A stretch of DNA of 64,000 nt from Chloroflexota bacterium (GTDB taxonomy: Bacteria > Chloroflexota > Dehalococcoidia > Bin125), in NCBI GenBank assembly GCA_028874365.1, contig JAPPJZ010000047.1, positions 4,306 to 68,305 of the forward strand, written 5' to 3'. Numbering within the stretch: the stretch's first letter is position 1; the number at the start of each line of letters is the position of its first letter. Below the pieces are notes generated by a model. That model was not told where the DNA came from, searched no databases, and saw only the letters and a list, made by a program, of their open reading frames with translations. A program made the position numbers and the translations under genes. Of this stretch, positions 19,159 to 29,023 are shown piece after piece.

Positions 19159-20310
19159 CTAGTCGCCGCCGGCAGCCGCAGACGCGGCGAGTTCGCGCGG
19201 CTCGGAGGTGGTCGCCGGCTTGTCGTCGACGAAGTGCGGCATGACCTCCTCGCCGAAGAGGCGCAGGCTGTCGAGCACCTCTTGCTGCGGGATCGTCTCC
19301 AGCGCGTTGAGCAGGAAATTGATCTGGTCAACGCCGCAGGACTCCCACTTCTTGATCTCTTCGACCAGCCGGTCGGGGTTGCCGATGCAGACGCCCTCGG
19401 GCGCGGACATGCCCTCGCCCGGATTCTGTGCGGCCTGCTGACGGGTCGCCGCGAGCAGACCGGGGTTCGGGTAGCTGCGCGTCGGGTGTACTTCGCGCAC
19501 CGGCAGGAGCTGAGCGGCCAGGTAGCCGAACGACCCGGTCAATCGGCTGCCGGTCTTGATCCCGGTCTCATTGTCGGGGTGGCAATAGAGGAAGTTGACC
19601 GTGGCGACGCGCTCGTTGACGAACAGTCCGGCCGGCTCGCAGTCGCGGATCCGGCTGCGGTATCGGTCAACCTTTTCCTCCTGCTCGGCGAAGCCGCCGA
19701 AGGTCAGGCCGAGCGAGCCCATGCCGCGCTCGGCCGCGTCGATCTCGGTGCCGGGCGAGGAGACGGCGACCCACATCGGCGGGTGCGGCTTCTGGTACGG
19801 CTTGGGCAGCACAGCGCGGGTCGGCATGCGGAAGGCGCGGCCCTCGTAGCCATAGCGCTCGTTGGTCCACATCTGCGGGATGGTGCGCGTGTACTCGTCC
19901 CAGGTTTCCTTGGTCTCGTCCGGGTTGGCGTCCATACCGCCCAGTTCGGTCCAGGTCGCCGAGCGTCCGGTGCCGAACTCGAGGCGCCCGTCGGAGAGGA
20001 TGTCGAGCACGGCCGCGCGCTCGGCGGCGCGGATCGGATGGTTGAACTGGGGCACGCAAACGACGATCCCGTGTCCCACGCGGATCTGCTTGGTCTGCAT
20101 CGCGCAGGCGGTCAGGAAGAGCTCGGGCGCGGAACAGTGCGAGTACTCCTCGAGGAAGTGGTGCTCGACGGCCCAGACCGAATGGAAGCCCATTTCATCC
20201 GCCACTCGCACCTGCTCAAGGCAACGGTGATACACCTCATGCTCAATGTCGTTCTCCCACGGTCGGGGAACGGAGATCTCGTAGAAGATGCCGAATTTCA
20301 TGGCGTCCAT
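19159..20310 (-). CDS. LLM class flavin-dependent oxidoreductase
   Basis: MKFGIFYE, VWAVEHHFLEEYS, HPIRAAERAAVLDILSDGRLEFGTGR, PKPYQKPHPP. Confidence 0.9.
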   Translation of the reverse strand: MDAMKFGIFYEISVPRPWENDIEHEVYHRCLEQVRVADEMGFHSVWAVEHHFLEEYSHCSAPELFLTACAMQTKQIRVGHGIVVCVPQFNHPIRAAERAAVLDILSDGRLEFGTGRSATWTELGGMDANPDETKETWDEYTRTIPQMWTNERYGYEGRAFRMPTRAVLPKPYQKPHPPMWVAVSSPGTEIDAAERGMGSLGLTFGGFAEQEEKVDRYRSRIRDCEPAGLFVNERVATVNFLYCHPDNETGIKTGSRLTGSFGYLAAQLLPVREVHPTRSYPNPGLLAATRQQAAQNPGEGMSAPEGVCIGNPDRLVEEIKKWESCGVDQINFLLNALETIPQQEVLDSLRLFGEEVMPHFVDDKPATTSEPRELAASAAAGGD

Positions 20311-20460
20311 CCTGTCAGGCGCTGGTTCAAAGGCGATGGTAGCGGACGGGGTCGCCGTGTCCGATCTGCTCGCTGCCGACCCGGGATGGGCACGGCAGCG
20401 TGGAAATTCCGGCTTGATTGGGCGGAAACGGCGCTGTGGGCTGGGAATTCGGGCGACTTC

Positions 20461-20500
20461 TGTCCGAATCTGTCCAGATTTGTCCAGATCTGGCTAGATG
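20461..20500. repeat. Four tandem 10-bp direct repeats
   Basis: TGTCCGAATC TGTCCAGATT TGTCCAGATC TGGCTAGATG. Confidence 0.6.
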
Positions 20501-20618
20501 ACGCTCGATTCGGTGAGTGTTAATCCGGGTGTGACCGGGTGATTCTGGAGAAGTCCAAGTGATGTGCGCGGTCATGATCAGGTCCCTCGGATGCGTGCCT
20601 GGTTATCGAGCGCAGCCG

Positions 20619-20647
20619 ATTGTATACGAACATGTCTTCGATGTTCG
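20619..20647 (-). promoter_or_regulatory. Candidate LexA (GAAC-N4-GTTC type) box next to a -10-like TACAAT
   Basis: CGAACATGTCTTCG (one mismatch) at 20627..20640; minus-strand TACAAT at 20624..20619; CGAACAT/ATGTTCG inverted repeat 20627..20647. Confidence 0.45.
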
Positions 20648-20688
20648 CGGAATCCTGGAACGGAGTGTCGTGAGAGACAGGCAACGGT

Positions 20689-21027
20689 TCAGGGCGATGA
20701 CGGAGTGTCCTGGCCGACCTCTGAGAAGTTGGTGATCGCCACTTCGCCTTCCGGAAACTCGGCGACGACCTTCAATCGACCCCCGACGGCCTCGATGTAA
20801 TGGCGCAAGCTGGACACGTAGACATCGGCCCGCTGTTCCATCTTGGCAACGGCAGGCTGGTTGACTTGCAGCCTTTCGGCCAAGTCCTGCTGGGTGAGTT
20901 CGCGCGCCCGGCGCAACTCGTGCAGACGCATTTCGCGCAGCAGTCGACTCTTCTCTTCGTCGATCCGCTTTCGTCTCTCCGGAGAGAAGTCCTTGGTCAG
21001 TTCGCTGAATGGTCGGTGGCCAGCCAT
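20689..21027 (-). CDS. XRE/HTH antitoxin (HigA-like)
   Basis: LHELRRARELTQQDLAERLQVNQPAVAKME HTH; ATG overlaps the toxin TGA (TGATG). Confidence 0.88.
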   Translation of the reverse strand: MAGHRPFSELTKDFSPERRKRIDEEKSRLLREMRLHELRRARELTQQDLAERLQVNQPAVAKMEQRADVYVSSLRHYIEAVGGRLKVVAEFPEGEVAITNFSEVGQDTPSSP

Positions 21028-21386
21028 CAAATCAGTCCTTCCTGTCGCAGCTCTCTCAGATAGTCGTCATAGAGCTTGTCGGCCAACGGCACAAACTCCT
21101 CGTAGAATCGGTCGTTGCCCGTCTTGTCTCCGCCAATCAGCAGAATCGATGTACGCCTAGGGTCGAACGCATAGAAGATCCGAATCGGGCTGCCGCCGCT
21201 CTGCACTCGCAACTCGCGCATGCCGCCGTGTCGCGAGGACCGAACGCTTGACGAATGCGGATACGGAAGATTCGGCCCCTGCTCCTCAATCAACTCAACC
21301 TTGGCTGTGACGCTCCCCTGTTGACGCTCAGAAAGTTGGAGCCACCAATGCTCGAACTCATCGGTGTACTCCACCTCCCATTCCAT
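21027..21386 (-). CDS. RelE/HigB-superfamily toxin (Gp49/DUF891-like)
   Basis: GPNLPYPH, MRELRVQ, IRIFYAFDPRRTSILLIGGDK; toxin precedes antitoxin. Confidence 0.88.
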   Translation of the reverse strand: MEWEVEYTDEFEHWWLQLSERQQGSVTAKVELIEEQGPNLPYPHSSSVRSSRHGGMRELRVQSGGSPIRIFYAFDPRRTSILLIGGDKTGNDRFYEEFVPLADKLYDDYLRELRQEGLI

Positions 21387-21529
21387 ACGTCGAGAGTATG
21401 CCGTTGATGGAATGAAGGCAAGCCTGCGACACGGGCGCGACCTCAGGCCGCGACCCCTCGGCCAACAGCAACTCCCCTTGCGCAGGCGACCGGTAACACC
21501 AGTGACAGCGGACGCCTCGGCTCTCGCGG

Positions 21530-24001
21530 CTAGGTCCGCTGGCCGAATTCTCGGCTGGTGTCGACGACGGCGATGGCGGCGATTCCCTCTTCGGACGACA
21601 TGACTTTGACGCCCTTCGAGGAGCGGCCGACCTGGCGGATCTGCTGGATCTCGGTGCGCAGGATCTTGCCTCCGGCGGAGATCACGACCAGCTCTTCGTC
21701 GCCGCGGACGACCGCCATCCCGACGACCGGACCGGTGTCGTCGGACACCTTGTGACCGATCATGCCCTTGCCGCCGCGACCCTTGGTCGAGTACTCAGAC
21801 TCAGACGTGCGCTTGCCGAACCCGCCGGCGGTCACGGTCAGGACCTCGGTATCGGGGTCGATGGTCTGCAATCCGATGAGCGCCCCGCGAACCGGGATGT
21901 TGATGCCTCGGACCCCGCCACTGATGCGTGAAGCCTCACGCAGAGAGTCGATCGCAAACCGGACGGTGCGGCCATCCGAGCCCGTAACGATCACGTCATC
22001 GCCTCTGTGGGCGAAGGTTGCCTCGACCAGTTCGTCGTCGTCGCGCAGGTTGAACGCGATCAAGCCACTGCGTCGGACGTTCAGATAGTGCCGCAGTTCA
22101 GTCTTCTTCACGTAGCCCTGTCGCGTGCCGAGGATGATGTAGTCGTCCTCGAACGATTCGACCGGGATGATCGTGGTCACGTGCTCGTTGAGCTGGAGGT
22201 CCACGACGTTGCGCACCGGCAGCCCTCGCCACTCCCGGGAGCGCGCCTCAACCTCGTGGGCCTGCAGACCGTAGACGCGACCGCGCGAGGTGAACATCAG
22301 CAGGTGGTCGTGGGTATCGCAAGCGATCAGGCGGTGCGGCGCCTCGACCGAGGTCGTACCGTTCTTGCGCTCGATCCCCTTGACGCCCTTGCCGCCTCGC
22401 CGCTGCGAACGGAACGCGTCGACCGGCTGTCGCTTGATGTAGCCGTGACGTGTGAGCGTGACGACCGACGACTGGTGCGGCACCAGGTCAGCCGGACTGA
22501 AGTTGTCGACCGACCGCTCGATCACGCGAGACTTGCGATCCTCGCCGTAGGTCTCGACCAGCTCGTCCATGTCCTCCGCGATCAAGCCGTCGATCAGCTT
22601 CGGGTTGGCGAGCAGACTTTCGAGGTATTCAATCGTTTCGCTCAGGTCGTCATACTCCTCCTGCAGCTTGGCGCGCTCGAGTTGCGCCAGACGCCGAAGT
22701 TGCATTTCCAGGACGGCCTGCGCCTGTCGCTGCGACAGATCGAACGGGTTCTCCTGCAGGCGGTCTCGCGCCGCCTCGGCCGACTCCGCGGCGCGAATCG
22801 CGGCAATGATCGCGTCGATGTCGTCAATCGCCTTGAGCAGGCCCTCGACGATGTGATGGCGTTCCTTCGCCTTCTCGAGTTCGAACTCGGTCCGCTTGGT
22901 AATGATGTTGCGGCGGTGCCGAATGTACTCCCGCAGCAGTTGATACAGCGTGAGTGTCCGCGGCTGGTTATCGACCAGGGCCACGAAGTTGCCGTTGTAC
23001 TGGGTCTGCAGCGCAGTCGACTTGTACAACTGCGCCAGAATCGTCTGGTAGTGGCCGTCGCGAGTCAGCTCCACCACCAGCCGCATCCCGTGACGGTCCG
23101 ACTCGTCGCGCAAGTCTCGGATGCCTTCGATCTTCTTGTCGCGGACCTGTGCGGCAATCTGCTCGATGATGCGCACCTTGTTGGTCTGGTACGGAATCTC
23201 GGTGAACACGATCTGCATGCGGTTGCCGGTCGAGGTCTCTTCGAGATGCTGCTGGGCTCGGACGGTGAATCCACCTCGACCGGTTCCATAGAGTCGGCGC
23301 AGGTCTTCGCGATTCTCGCCGGCGAAGATGTTGGCCGCTGTGGGGAAATCCGGTCCCTTGACGTGCTGAAGGATGTCCTCCAGCGTGGCCTCCTCGTTCT
23401 CCAGGATGGCCTTGACCGCCCCGGCGAGCTCGGCCAGGTTGTGCGGCGGAATGTCGCAGGCCATCGCCACAGCGATGCCGGTGGCCCCATTGAGTAGCAG
23501 ATTGGGGGCGCGGCCGGGCAGTACCGTTGGCTCGTTCAGCGATTCATCAAAGTTGGGTACGAAGTCGACCGTGTTCTTGTCGAGGTCGGCAAGCATCTCC
23601 TCGGCGATACGCGAGAGCCGCGCTTCCGTATAACGCATCGCGGCGGGGGGATCATTATCAATCGAACCAAAGTTACCCTGACCATCAACTAACGGATGAC
23701 GCAAGGAAAAGTCTTGCGCCATACGTACCATTGCGTCATATACGGGTTGATCAGAGTGTGGATGATACTTACCAAGTACTTCACCGACGATCCGTGCAGA
23801 CTTGCGATGCGGTTGATTGGCCCGCATGCCCAGATCGTCCATTGCATAGAGTATGCGGCGCTGTACAGGTTTAAGGCCGTCCCGCGCATCGGGCAACGCT
23901 CGGGATACGATGACGCTCATCGCGTAGTCGAGATAAGACGAACTCATCTCCTCGACGAGGGTACGCGTGGGCTGTTGTGGCGCTGTTTGCTCAGTAACCA
24001 A
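21530..24001 (-). CDS. gyrA: DNA gyrase subunit A
   Basis: [30 protein letters not shown] catalytic Tyr, GyrA-box QRRGGKG in the CTD; TTG start with GGAG. Confidence 0.96.
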   Translation of the reverse strand: MVTEQTAPQQPTRTLVEEMSSSYLDYAMSVIVSRALPDARDGLKPVQRRILYAMDDLGMRANQPHRKSARIVGEVLGKYHPHSDQPVYDAMVRMAQDFSLRHPLVDGQGNFGSIDNDPPAAMRYTEARLSRIAEEMLADLDKNTVDFVPNFDESLNEPTVLPGRAPNLLLNGATGIAVAMACDIPPHNLAELAGAVKAILENEEATLEDILQHVKGPDFPTAANIFAGENREDLRRLYGTGRGGFTVRAQQHLEETSTGNRMQIVFTEIPYQTNKVRIIEQIAAQVRDKKIEGIRDLRDESDRHGMRLVVELTRDGHYQTILAQLYKSTALQTQYNGNFVALVDNQPRTLTLYQLLREYIRHRRNIITKRTEFELEKAKERHHIVEGLLKAIDDIDAIIAAIRAAESAEAARDRLQENPFDLSQRQAQAVLEMQLRRLAQLERAKLQEEYDDLSETIEYLESLLANPKLIDGLIAEDMDELVETYGEDRKSRVIERSVDNFSPADLVPHQSSVVTLTRHGYIKRQPVDAFRSQRRGGKGVKGIERKNGTTSVEAPHRLIACDTHDHLLMFTSRGRVYGLQAHEVEARSREWRGLPVRNVVDLQLNEHVTTIIPVESFEDDYIILGTRQGYVKKTELRHYLNVRRSGLIAFNLRDDDELVEATFAHRGDDVIVTGSDGRTVRFAIDSLREASRISGGVRGINIPVRGALIGLQTIDPDTEVLTVTAGGFGKRTSESEYSTKGRGGKGMIGHKVSDDTGPVVGMAVVRGDEELVVISAGGKILRTEIQQIRQVGRSSKGVKVMSSEEGIAAIAVVDTSREFGQRT

Positions 24002-24035
24002 GCGGGGCTCCGAGGGCTTTGTCTATTGCCTCACT

Positions 24036-24731
24036 CTAGCACAATTCGGCCATATTGTTGGGCTCAATGCGCCGATGTTCGGGGTCGCGCGGGACCACCT
24101 GCCAGCCCGCAGGAATTGGGTTCGGACGCACCTCTGAGTTGTCAATCTCCAGCTCAAATTGTTGTAGGCGCTGCTGGCTGTGCACGTCCAGCCATGTCGG
24201 CGATTCACCGTCACTCAGCAGCGAGTCGAACCACCATGCATAGAGCGTGGCCGGCGCCCGCCAACGGGACGAGATTCTGACCCTCGATGCCAGGTCACGA
24301 CCGCCGACCAGGGCGTAGCGAGAGCCCTCGGTCGACGAGATGATGTCGAGCTGTTCGGCAGTCAGCCACTGGATCCAGGTCAGGCAGACGGCGCCGGGAC
24401 GAGCAGCGAGGCTGACCGGCATGTAGCCCTTGCTGGACCGCACCGGGCAAAACGCGACATCGAAATCGCTGAGCAGCGCCGGGATCAGGGGCACGCCGTG
24501 CAGGTCGGCTTCGGTGCCGGCCAGCTTGTCGGAGAGTTGCCGCGGGTAACCGTTGCTGCCCACCGCGAGCAGCGCAGTTCGCCCCTGCGTGTTCACCGCG
24601 GAGGTCAACGCAAAGGATTTGCCTGCCCGATACAGCAGCGGATACCGGTTCCGGCGATTCCTCGCGTCGGGATAGAGCTGCGGCACGTCGGACAGGCTGG
24701 GCCAGGTGCGAACGTGGACAGGCGTCGTCAT
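24036..24731 (-). CDS. Hypothetical protein, possible gamma-glutamylcyclotransferase-like fold
   Basis: LLAVGSNGYPRQL resembles the GGCT AYGSN loop; start at MTTPVH is my choice. Confidence 0.45.
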   Translation of the reverse strand: MTTPVHVRTWPSLSDVPQLYPDARNRRNRYPLLYRAGKSFALTSAVNTQGRTALLAVGSNGYPRQLSDKLAGTEADLHGVPLIPALLSDFDVAFCPVRSSKGYMPVSLAARPGAVCLTWIQWLTAEQLDIISSTEGSRYALVGGRDLASRVRISSRWRAPATLYAWWFDSLLSDGESPTWLDVHSQQRLQQFELEIDNSEVRPNPIPAGWQVVPRDPEHRRIEPNNMAELC

Positions 24732-24815
24732 GCAGACACGGTACCCGCGCCGACTGTCGCTAGTCGGATTCGCAACTAGGCTCAGGAGGATCAGGATGAA
24801 GAGGAGGCCGGATCC

Positions 24816-25814
24816 ATGATGAGATATCGAAAGCTGGGGCGGACGGGACTGATGGTCTCGGAGATCGGTCTGGGCGGCGGCGGCATTGGGCATGTCTGGG
24901 GCGAGACGACGGACGAGGAGATCGGTGAAACGATTGCGCTGGCAATGCGCGAGGGGATCAACTTCTACGACGTCGCGCCGTCATACGGCGACGGCGCGGC
25001 CGAGCGAAACCTGGGACGGGCGCTGCTCGAAGCCCCGGAACACCGCGGCGAGCACATGCTGGTCGCCACCAAGGTGTCCCTGAGCGAGGACGATCTGGCC
25101 GACATCCCGGCCGCTGTCGAGCGCGGCATTCACGAGTCGCTCGAGCGACTGCGCCGAGAGCGGGTCGATGTCTTCCAGTTGCACAACACAATCACACCCC
25201 AGCGCGGCGTGTACCGCCGGTCGGTCGCGGTCGCCGATGCGATGCTCGCGGTCGAAACCCTGCATCGTCTCAAGCAGGACGGCCTCACGCGATTCGTGGG
25301 CATCACCGGCATGGGCGTCGCGAGCTCGGTGCGCGAAGTCGTCCGGGCGGGCGAACTCGACACCGTCCAGTGCTACTACAACCTGCTGAACGACTCGAAC
25401 GCCCGGCTGCTGCCGCAGGCGTCGTCGCTGCATGATCACGGTCAGCTGCTGTCCCTGGCGGCTGAGTTGGGGATCGGTGTGATCGGCATCCGCAATCTGG
25501 CTGCCGGCTCGCTGACCGATTCCATTGATCGGCCGGTCGTCGATGACACGCTGGTCGCGCTGGACTACCGCCGTGCTGAGTCTCTGCGCTTCCTCGAAGA
25601 GGACGGCACGCCGTTGTCCCAGTGGGCCGCGCGCTATGCGCTCGAGCAGCCGACGATCTCAACGGTCGTGCCGGGAGTGAAGAACGCAGCGGAGTTGTCC
25701 GACCAGATAGCAGCCGTGGACCTGCCGCCGCCGTCAGACGAGCAATTGGCTCGAATCGACGGACTGCGTGAGAATGATTTTGGCGTCCGAGAACCGGCTG
25801 ACCACGTGTTGTGA
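24816..25814 (+). CDS. Aldo/keto reductase
   Basis: YRKLGRTGLMVSEIGLG, NFYDVAPSYG, VATK, VDVFQLH, TVVPG; strong GAGGAGG RBS. Confidence 0.92.
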   Translation: MMRYRKLGRTGLMVSEIGLGGGGIGHVWGETTDEEIGETIALAMREGINFYDVAPSYGDGAAERNLGRALLEAPEHRGEHMLVATKVSLSEDDLADIPAAVERGIHESLERLRRERVDVFQLHNTITPQRGVYRRSVAVADAMLAVETLHRLKQDGLTRFVGITGMGVASSVREVVRAGELDTVQCYYNLLNDSNARLLPQASSLHDHGQLLSLAAELGIGVIGIRNLAAGSLTDSIDRPVVDDTLVALDYRRAESLRFLEEDGTPLSQWAARYALEQPTISTVVPGVKNAAELSDQIAAVDLPPPSDEQLARIDGLRENDFGVREPADHVL

Positions 25815-25907
25815 CGAGAGCAGGTCCGACGAGGGCGTCGTTTCACGGGAAACGGGCCAACGTCGGCATCGGTTGTAGCCTGATTGGACACATCGGAAGA
25901 GCGATTC

Positions 25908-26582
25908 GTGAACGACATCGAAATCCCGGACATCGTCATCCGGCGCCTGCCGCTCTATGCCCGAGAACTGGGCCTACTCGCGGGTGAGGACCGCGACTTC
26001 ATCTCTTCCCAGGAGTTGGGCACGCGCCTCGGTGTCACGCCGGCGCAGATCCGCAAGGATCTGTCGTACTTCGGACGGTTCGGCAAGCGCGGCCGCGGCT
26101 ATGAGGTGCTCGGCCTGCGCGACCGACTGCGCAGCATCCTGGGCCTGAACGGACGAGTCAAGGAGATGGTGCTCGTCGGCGTGGGGCAGTTGGGACGCGC
26201 GGTGCTCGGCTACGGCGGGTTTACCCGGGGTGGCTTCGAGGTCGTGCGCGTGTTCGACTCCGACCCGCAGCAGATTGGTCGAAAGATCGACAACCACCGC
26301 GTCGACGACGTAGCAACCCTCCCGCATTACCTGAAACGCACACGCGTGTCGATGGGCATCGTCGCCGTCCCGGCTGATGCGGCGCCGACCGTGATCAACA
26401 CACTCGTCGACGGCGGAGTGCGCGCGATCCTCAGTTACGCCCCGGTCTCAATGAGCGTGCCGCACGGGGTGCGATTGCGCCAGATCGACCCGGTGATGGA
26501 ACTCGAGAGCATGGCCTACTACCTCGAGGAACCGTTCGACGGCTACGTCGAAGACCACCAGGCCGATGCGGTCGCGAACTGA
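25908..26582 (+). CDS. rex: Redox-sensing transcriptional repressor Rex
   Basis: IRRLPLY, ISSQELG, AQIRKDLSYFGRFGKRGRGY, LVGVGQLG. Start GTG 25908 (alternative TTG 25884). Confidence 0.95.
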   Translation: MNDIEIPDIVIRRLPLYARELGLLAGEDRDFISSQELGTRLGVTPAQIRKDLSYFGRFGKRGRGYEVLGLRDRLRSILGLNGRVKEMVLVGVGQLGRAVLGYGGFTRGGFEVVRVFDSDPQQIGRKIDNHRVDDVATLPHYLKRTRVSMGIVAVPADAAPTVINTLVDGGVRAILSYAPVSMSVPHGVRLRQIDPVMELESMAYYLEEPFDGYVEDHQADAVAN

Positions 26583-26607
26583 GCACGTATCCCGGTGACC
26601 ACAGAAT

Positions 26608-27654
26608 TCAGCGGGCGTCGGCTCCGCTGAGCACGCTCTCCTGGGCAATCAGATTCGGCCCAACGATGTCGAGATTGTCGAGCGCTTCGGCGGCGCCGAG
26701 CGCGACCGCGTCCTCGGCGTTGTCGGCGATCGTGACCGGAATGCCGATCTGCTCTGCGAGATAAACATCGATCCCCTGCAGCCGAGCAGCCGCGCCGGTC
26801 AGCAGCATGCCTCGATCAATGATGTCGGCGGTCAGCTCGGGTGGCGTGCGCTCCAGGGTGCTGCGCGTGACCTCGACAAAGGTCTCCAGGACCTGCTGCA
26901 CCGAGGGAACCAGTTCATTCGCCGTAATCGCAACACTGCGGGGCATCCCGCTGGATTGATCGCGGCCCCTGACCTCAGCGCGGATCGGGTCGTCGATCGG
27001 GATGGCTGAGGCGGTCGAAAACTTCAGCTCTTCGGCGGTCGGCTCACCGATCACGAGGCTGTGACGACGTTTGACGTGCTCGGCGATCACTTCAGTGACG
27101 ACCTGTCCGCCAACCCGGGCCGACTCCCAGACGACGACTCCGTACATGGACAGCACGGCCGCTTCCGAACGTCCGGCGCCGAGGTTGCCGATCAACGCGC
27201 CGCGTGCGTCGCCCATCGGAACACCCGCGCCGATGGCGGCGGCGAGAGGATTGGCGATCAGGTGGGCCGGGCGTCTCCCACCTGCTTGTTCGGCCGCGTC
27301 GCGGACGGCGCGTTGCTCGACGTTGGTGACACCGGCGGGGGTGGCGATCATGACCTCGGGTCGGACCAGGTTGAAGCGCCCCACGACGAGCGACATGTAG
27401 TAACGCAGCAGCGCCTCGACGATGCGGTAATCGTCGATGACGCCCTCGCGCATTGGATTAATCACTGAAAGCGTTTCGGGCGCCCGTCCGACCATGTTGG
27501 CGGCATCGGAGCCGGCCGCCAACACCGCATTTTCCTGCGCAGAAAGGGTCACGACGGTTGGTTCGTCGATGACGATGCGGCCGCCGCGTCCTGGGACCGC
27601 GATGCGAAGTCTGGAGGTGCCGAGATCGATACCGAGTCGTTTGGTGAAGAGCAT
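26608..27654 (-). CDS. mreB: Rod shape-determining actin MreB/Mbl
   Basis: GIDLGT, INPMREGVIDD, NPLAAAIGAG, TPPELTADIIDRGMLLTG. Confidence 0.9.
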   Translation of the reverse strand: MLFTKRLGIDLGTSRLRIAVPGRGGRIVIDEPTVVTLSAQENAVLAAGSDAANMVGRAPETLSVINPMREGVIDDYRIVEALLRYYMSLVVGRFNLVRPEVMIATPAGVTNVEQRAVRDAAEQAGGRRPAHLIANPLAAAIGAGVPMGDARGALIGNLGAGRSEAAVLSMYGVVVWESARVGGQVVTEVIAEHVKRRHSLVIGEPTAEELKFSTASAIPIDDPIRAEVRGRDQSSGMPRSVAITANELVPSVQQVLETFVEVTRSTLERTPPELTADIIDRGMLLTGAAARLQGIDVYLAEQIGIPVTIADNAEDAVALGAAEALDNLDIVGPNLIAQESVLSGADAR

Positions 27655-27714
27655 GATCTCCGATTGATTCAATCGACGAAGTCAGCGTATCCGGAACGTC
27701 AGTGTATCGGCGGG

Positions 27715-28986
27715 TCAGACACGCTCAATGTCAGCACCCAGTGCGGCGAGCTGCGCCGGCAGGTCTGCGTAGCCCCGTGCGAGATGTCGCATCCCGTAGA
27801 CACGACTCTCACCCTCCGCGGCAAACGCAGCCACAATCAGCGCAGCGGTCGCGCGAATGTCGGTCCCGCGGACGACGGCTCCCGACAGGGCTGCCGGCCC
27901 GTTGATCGCCGAGACTGAGCCGCCCGCGACGATGTTCGCTCCGAGCTTGCGCAGCTCATTGAGGTGCTGCATGCGGTTCTCGAATACTCGTTCATGGACC
28001 ATCGACGTGCCGGCGGCCCCCGTCAGCAGGGCGGTGATCGGCGCCTGCAGGTCGGTCGCGAAGCCGGGATAGGGAAGCGCTTGCACGTTCGTCGCGGTCA
28101 GCGTGGCACCCGCATTGACGGTCAGCTCGAGTTCGTCATCGCCGCGTCGAACCTCGACCCCAATCTCGGCGAACTTCGAGAGCAGGGCTTCGAGGTGAGA
28201 CGGGCTCACTCCCGTCAGCCGCACGTCTCCCCTCGTGGCGGCGGCGGCGATCATCAGCGTGCCGGTTTCGATCCGATCGGGTATCAGCTCATGGACCACG
28301 CCGCTGAGCCGCTCAACACCGTCGACCGTGATCGTGTGGTGTCCGGCGCCCGAGATACGCGCGCCCATCGCGTTGAGCATGTCGGCCAGACAGCCGATCT
28401 CCGGCTCCATCGCCGCATTGACGATCCGCGTTCGACCGTTGGCCAAAACGGCCGCGAGCAACAGGTTCTCCGTGCCGAGCACGCTCGGGTAGTCCAGGAC
28501 GATCGTCGCGCCGCGTAAGCCCTCAGGAGCGTGCGCGATGGTACGCCCACCGACCGAATCGACCTGCGCGCCGAAGGCGCGGAATCCGGCCAGGTGGACA
28601 TCGAGTGGTCGTGCGCCGATCACGTCGCCACCGGGCGCGCCGCAACTGGCCTCGCCGGTCCTTGCAAGCATCGGTCCCATGACCAGGAACGACGCTCGCA
28701 ACGAAGCCGCCAGGTCGTCGGGCGGCGAACCGCCGCAGACGCCAAGGGGCCGAACAGCGACCTCGTTTTCCTGGAACTCCGCTTCGACGCCCAGCGTCTT
28801 GACGATTTCGATCAGCCGGTGGACATCCTCAATGTCGGGAACGCGCGTGATCCGAGAGGGCTCGTCGGACAGCAGCGCCGCGGCCAGACACGGGAGCGCA
28901 GCGTTCTTGGCGCCGTTGACGCGGATCTCGCCGGTCAGGCGTCGATGCCCCGCAATTCGAAGATATGGCTCGACGACAGCGCTCAT
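27715..28986 (-). CDS. murA: UDP-N-acetylglucosamine 1-carboxyvinyltransferase (Cys-to-Asp variant)
   Basis: GAKNAALP, RASFLVMGP, PGGDVIGARPLDVH, PDRIETGT, PYPGFATD, VFENR, TDIRA. Confidence 0.95.
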   Translation of the reverse strand: MSAVVEPYLRIAGHRRLTGEIRVNGAKNAALPCLAAALLSDEPSRITRVPDIEDVHRLIEIVKTLGVEAEFQENEVAVRPLGVCGGSPPDDLAASLRASFLVMGPMLARTGEASCGAPGGDVIGARPLDVHLAGFRAFGAQVDSVGGRTIAHAPEGLRGATIVLDYPSVLGTENLLLAAVLANGRTRIVNAAMEPEIGCLADMLNAMGARISGAGHHTITVDGVERLSGVVHELIPDRIETGTLMIAAAATRGDVRLTGVSPSHLEALLSKFAEIGVEVRRGDDELELTVNAGATLTATNVQALPYPGFATDLQAPITALLTGAAGTSMVHERVFENRMQHLNELRKLGANIVAGGSVSAINGPAALSGAVVRGTDIRATAALIVAAFAAEGESRVYGMRHLARGYADLPAQLAALGADIERV

Positions 28987-29023
28987 ATGGAGACTGTAGC
29001 CGTCCCTCAGGAGCGCAAGGGCC

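Noticed and set aside
23620-23645. Possible GyrA intein
   Set aside because: [10 protein letters not shown] is uninterrupted and the protein length is normal.
23696-24280. 194-aa plus-strand ORF over the AT-rich gyrA patch
   Set aside because: Antisense to conserved gyrA codons, with no recognisable motif or RBS.
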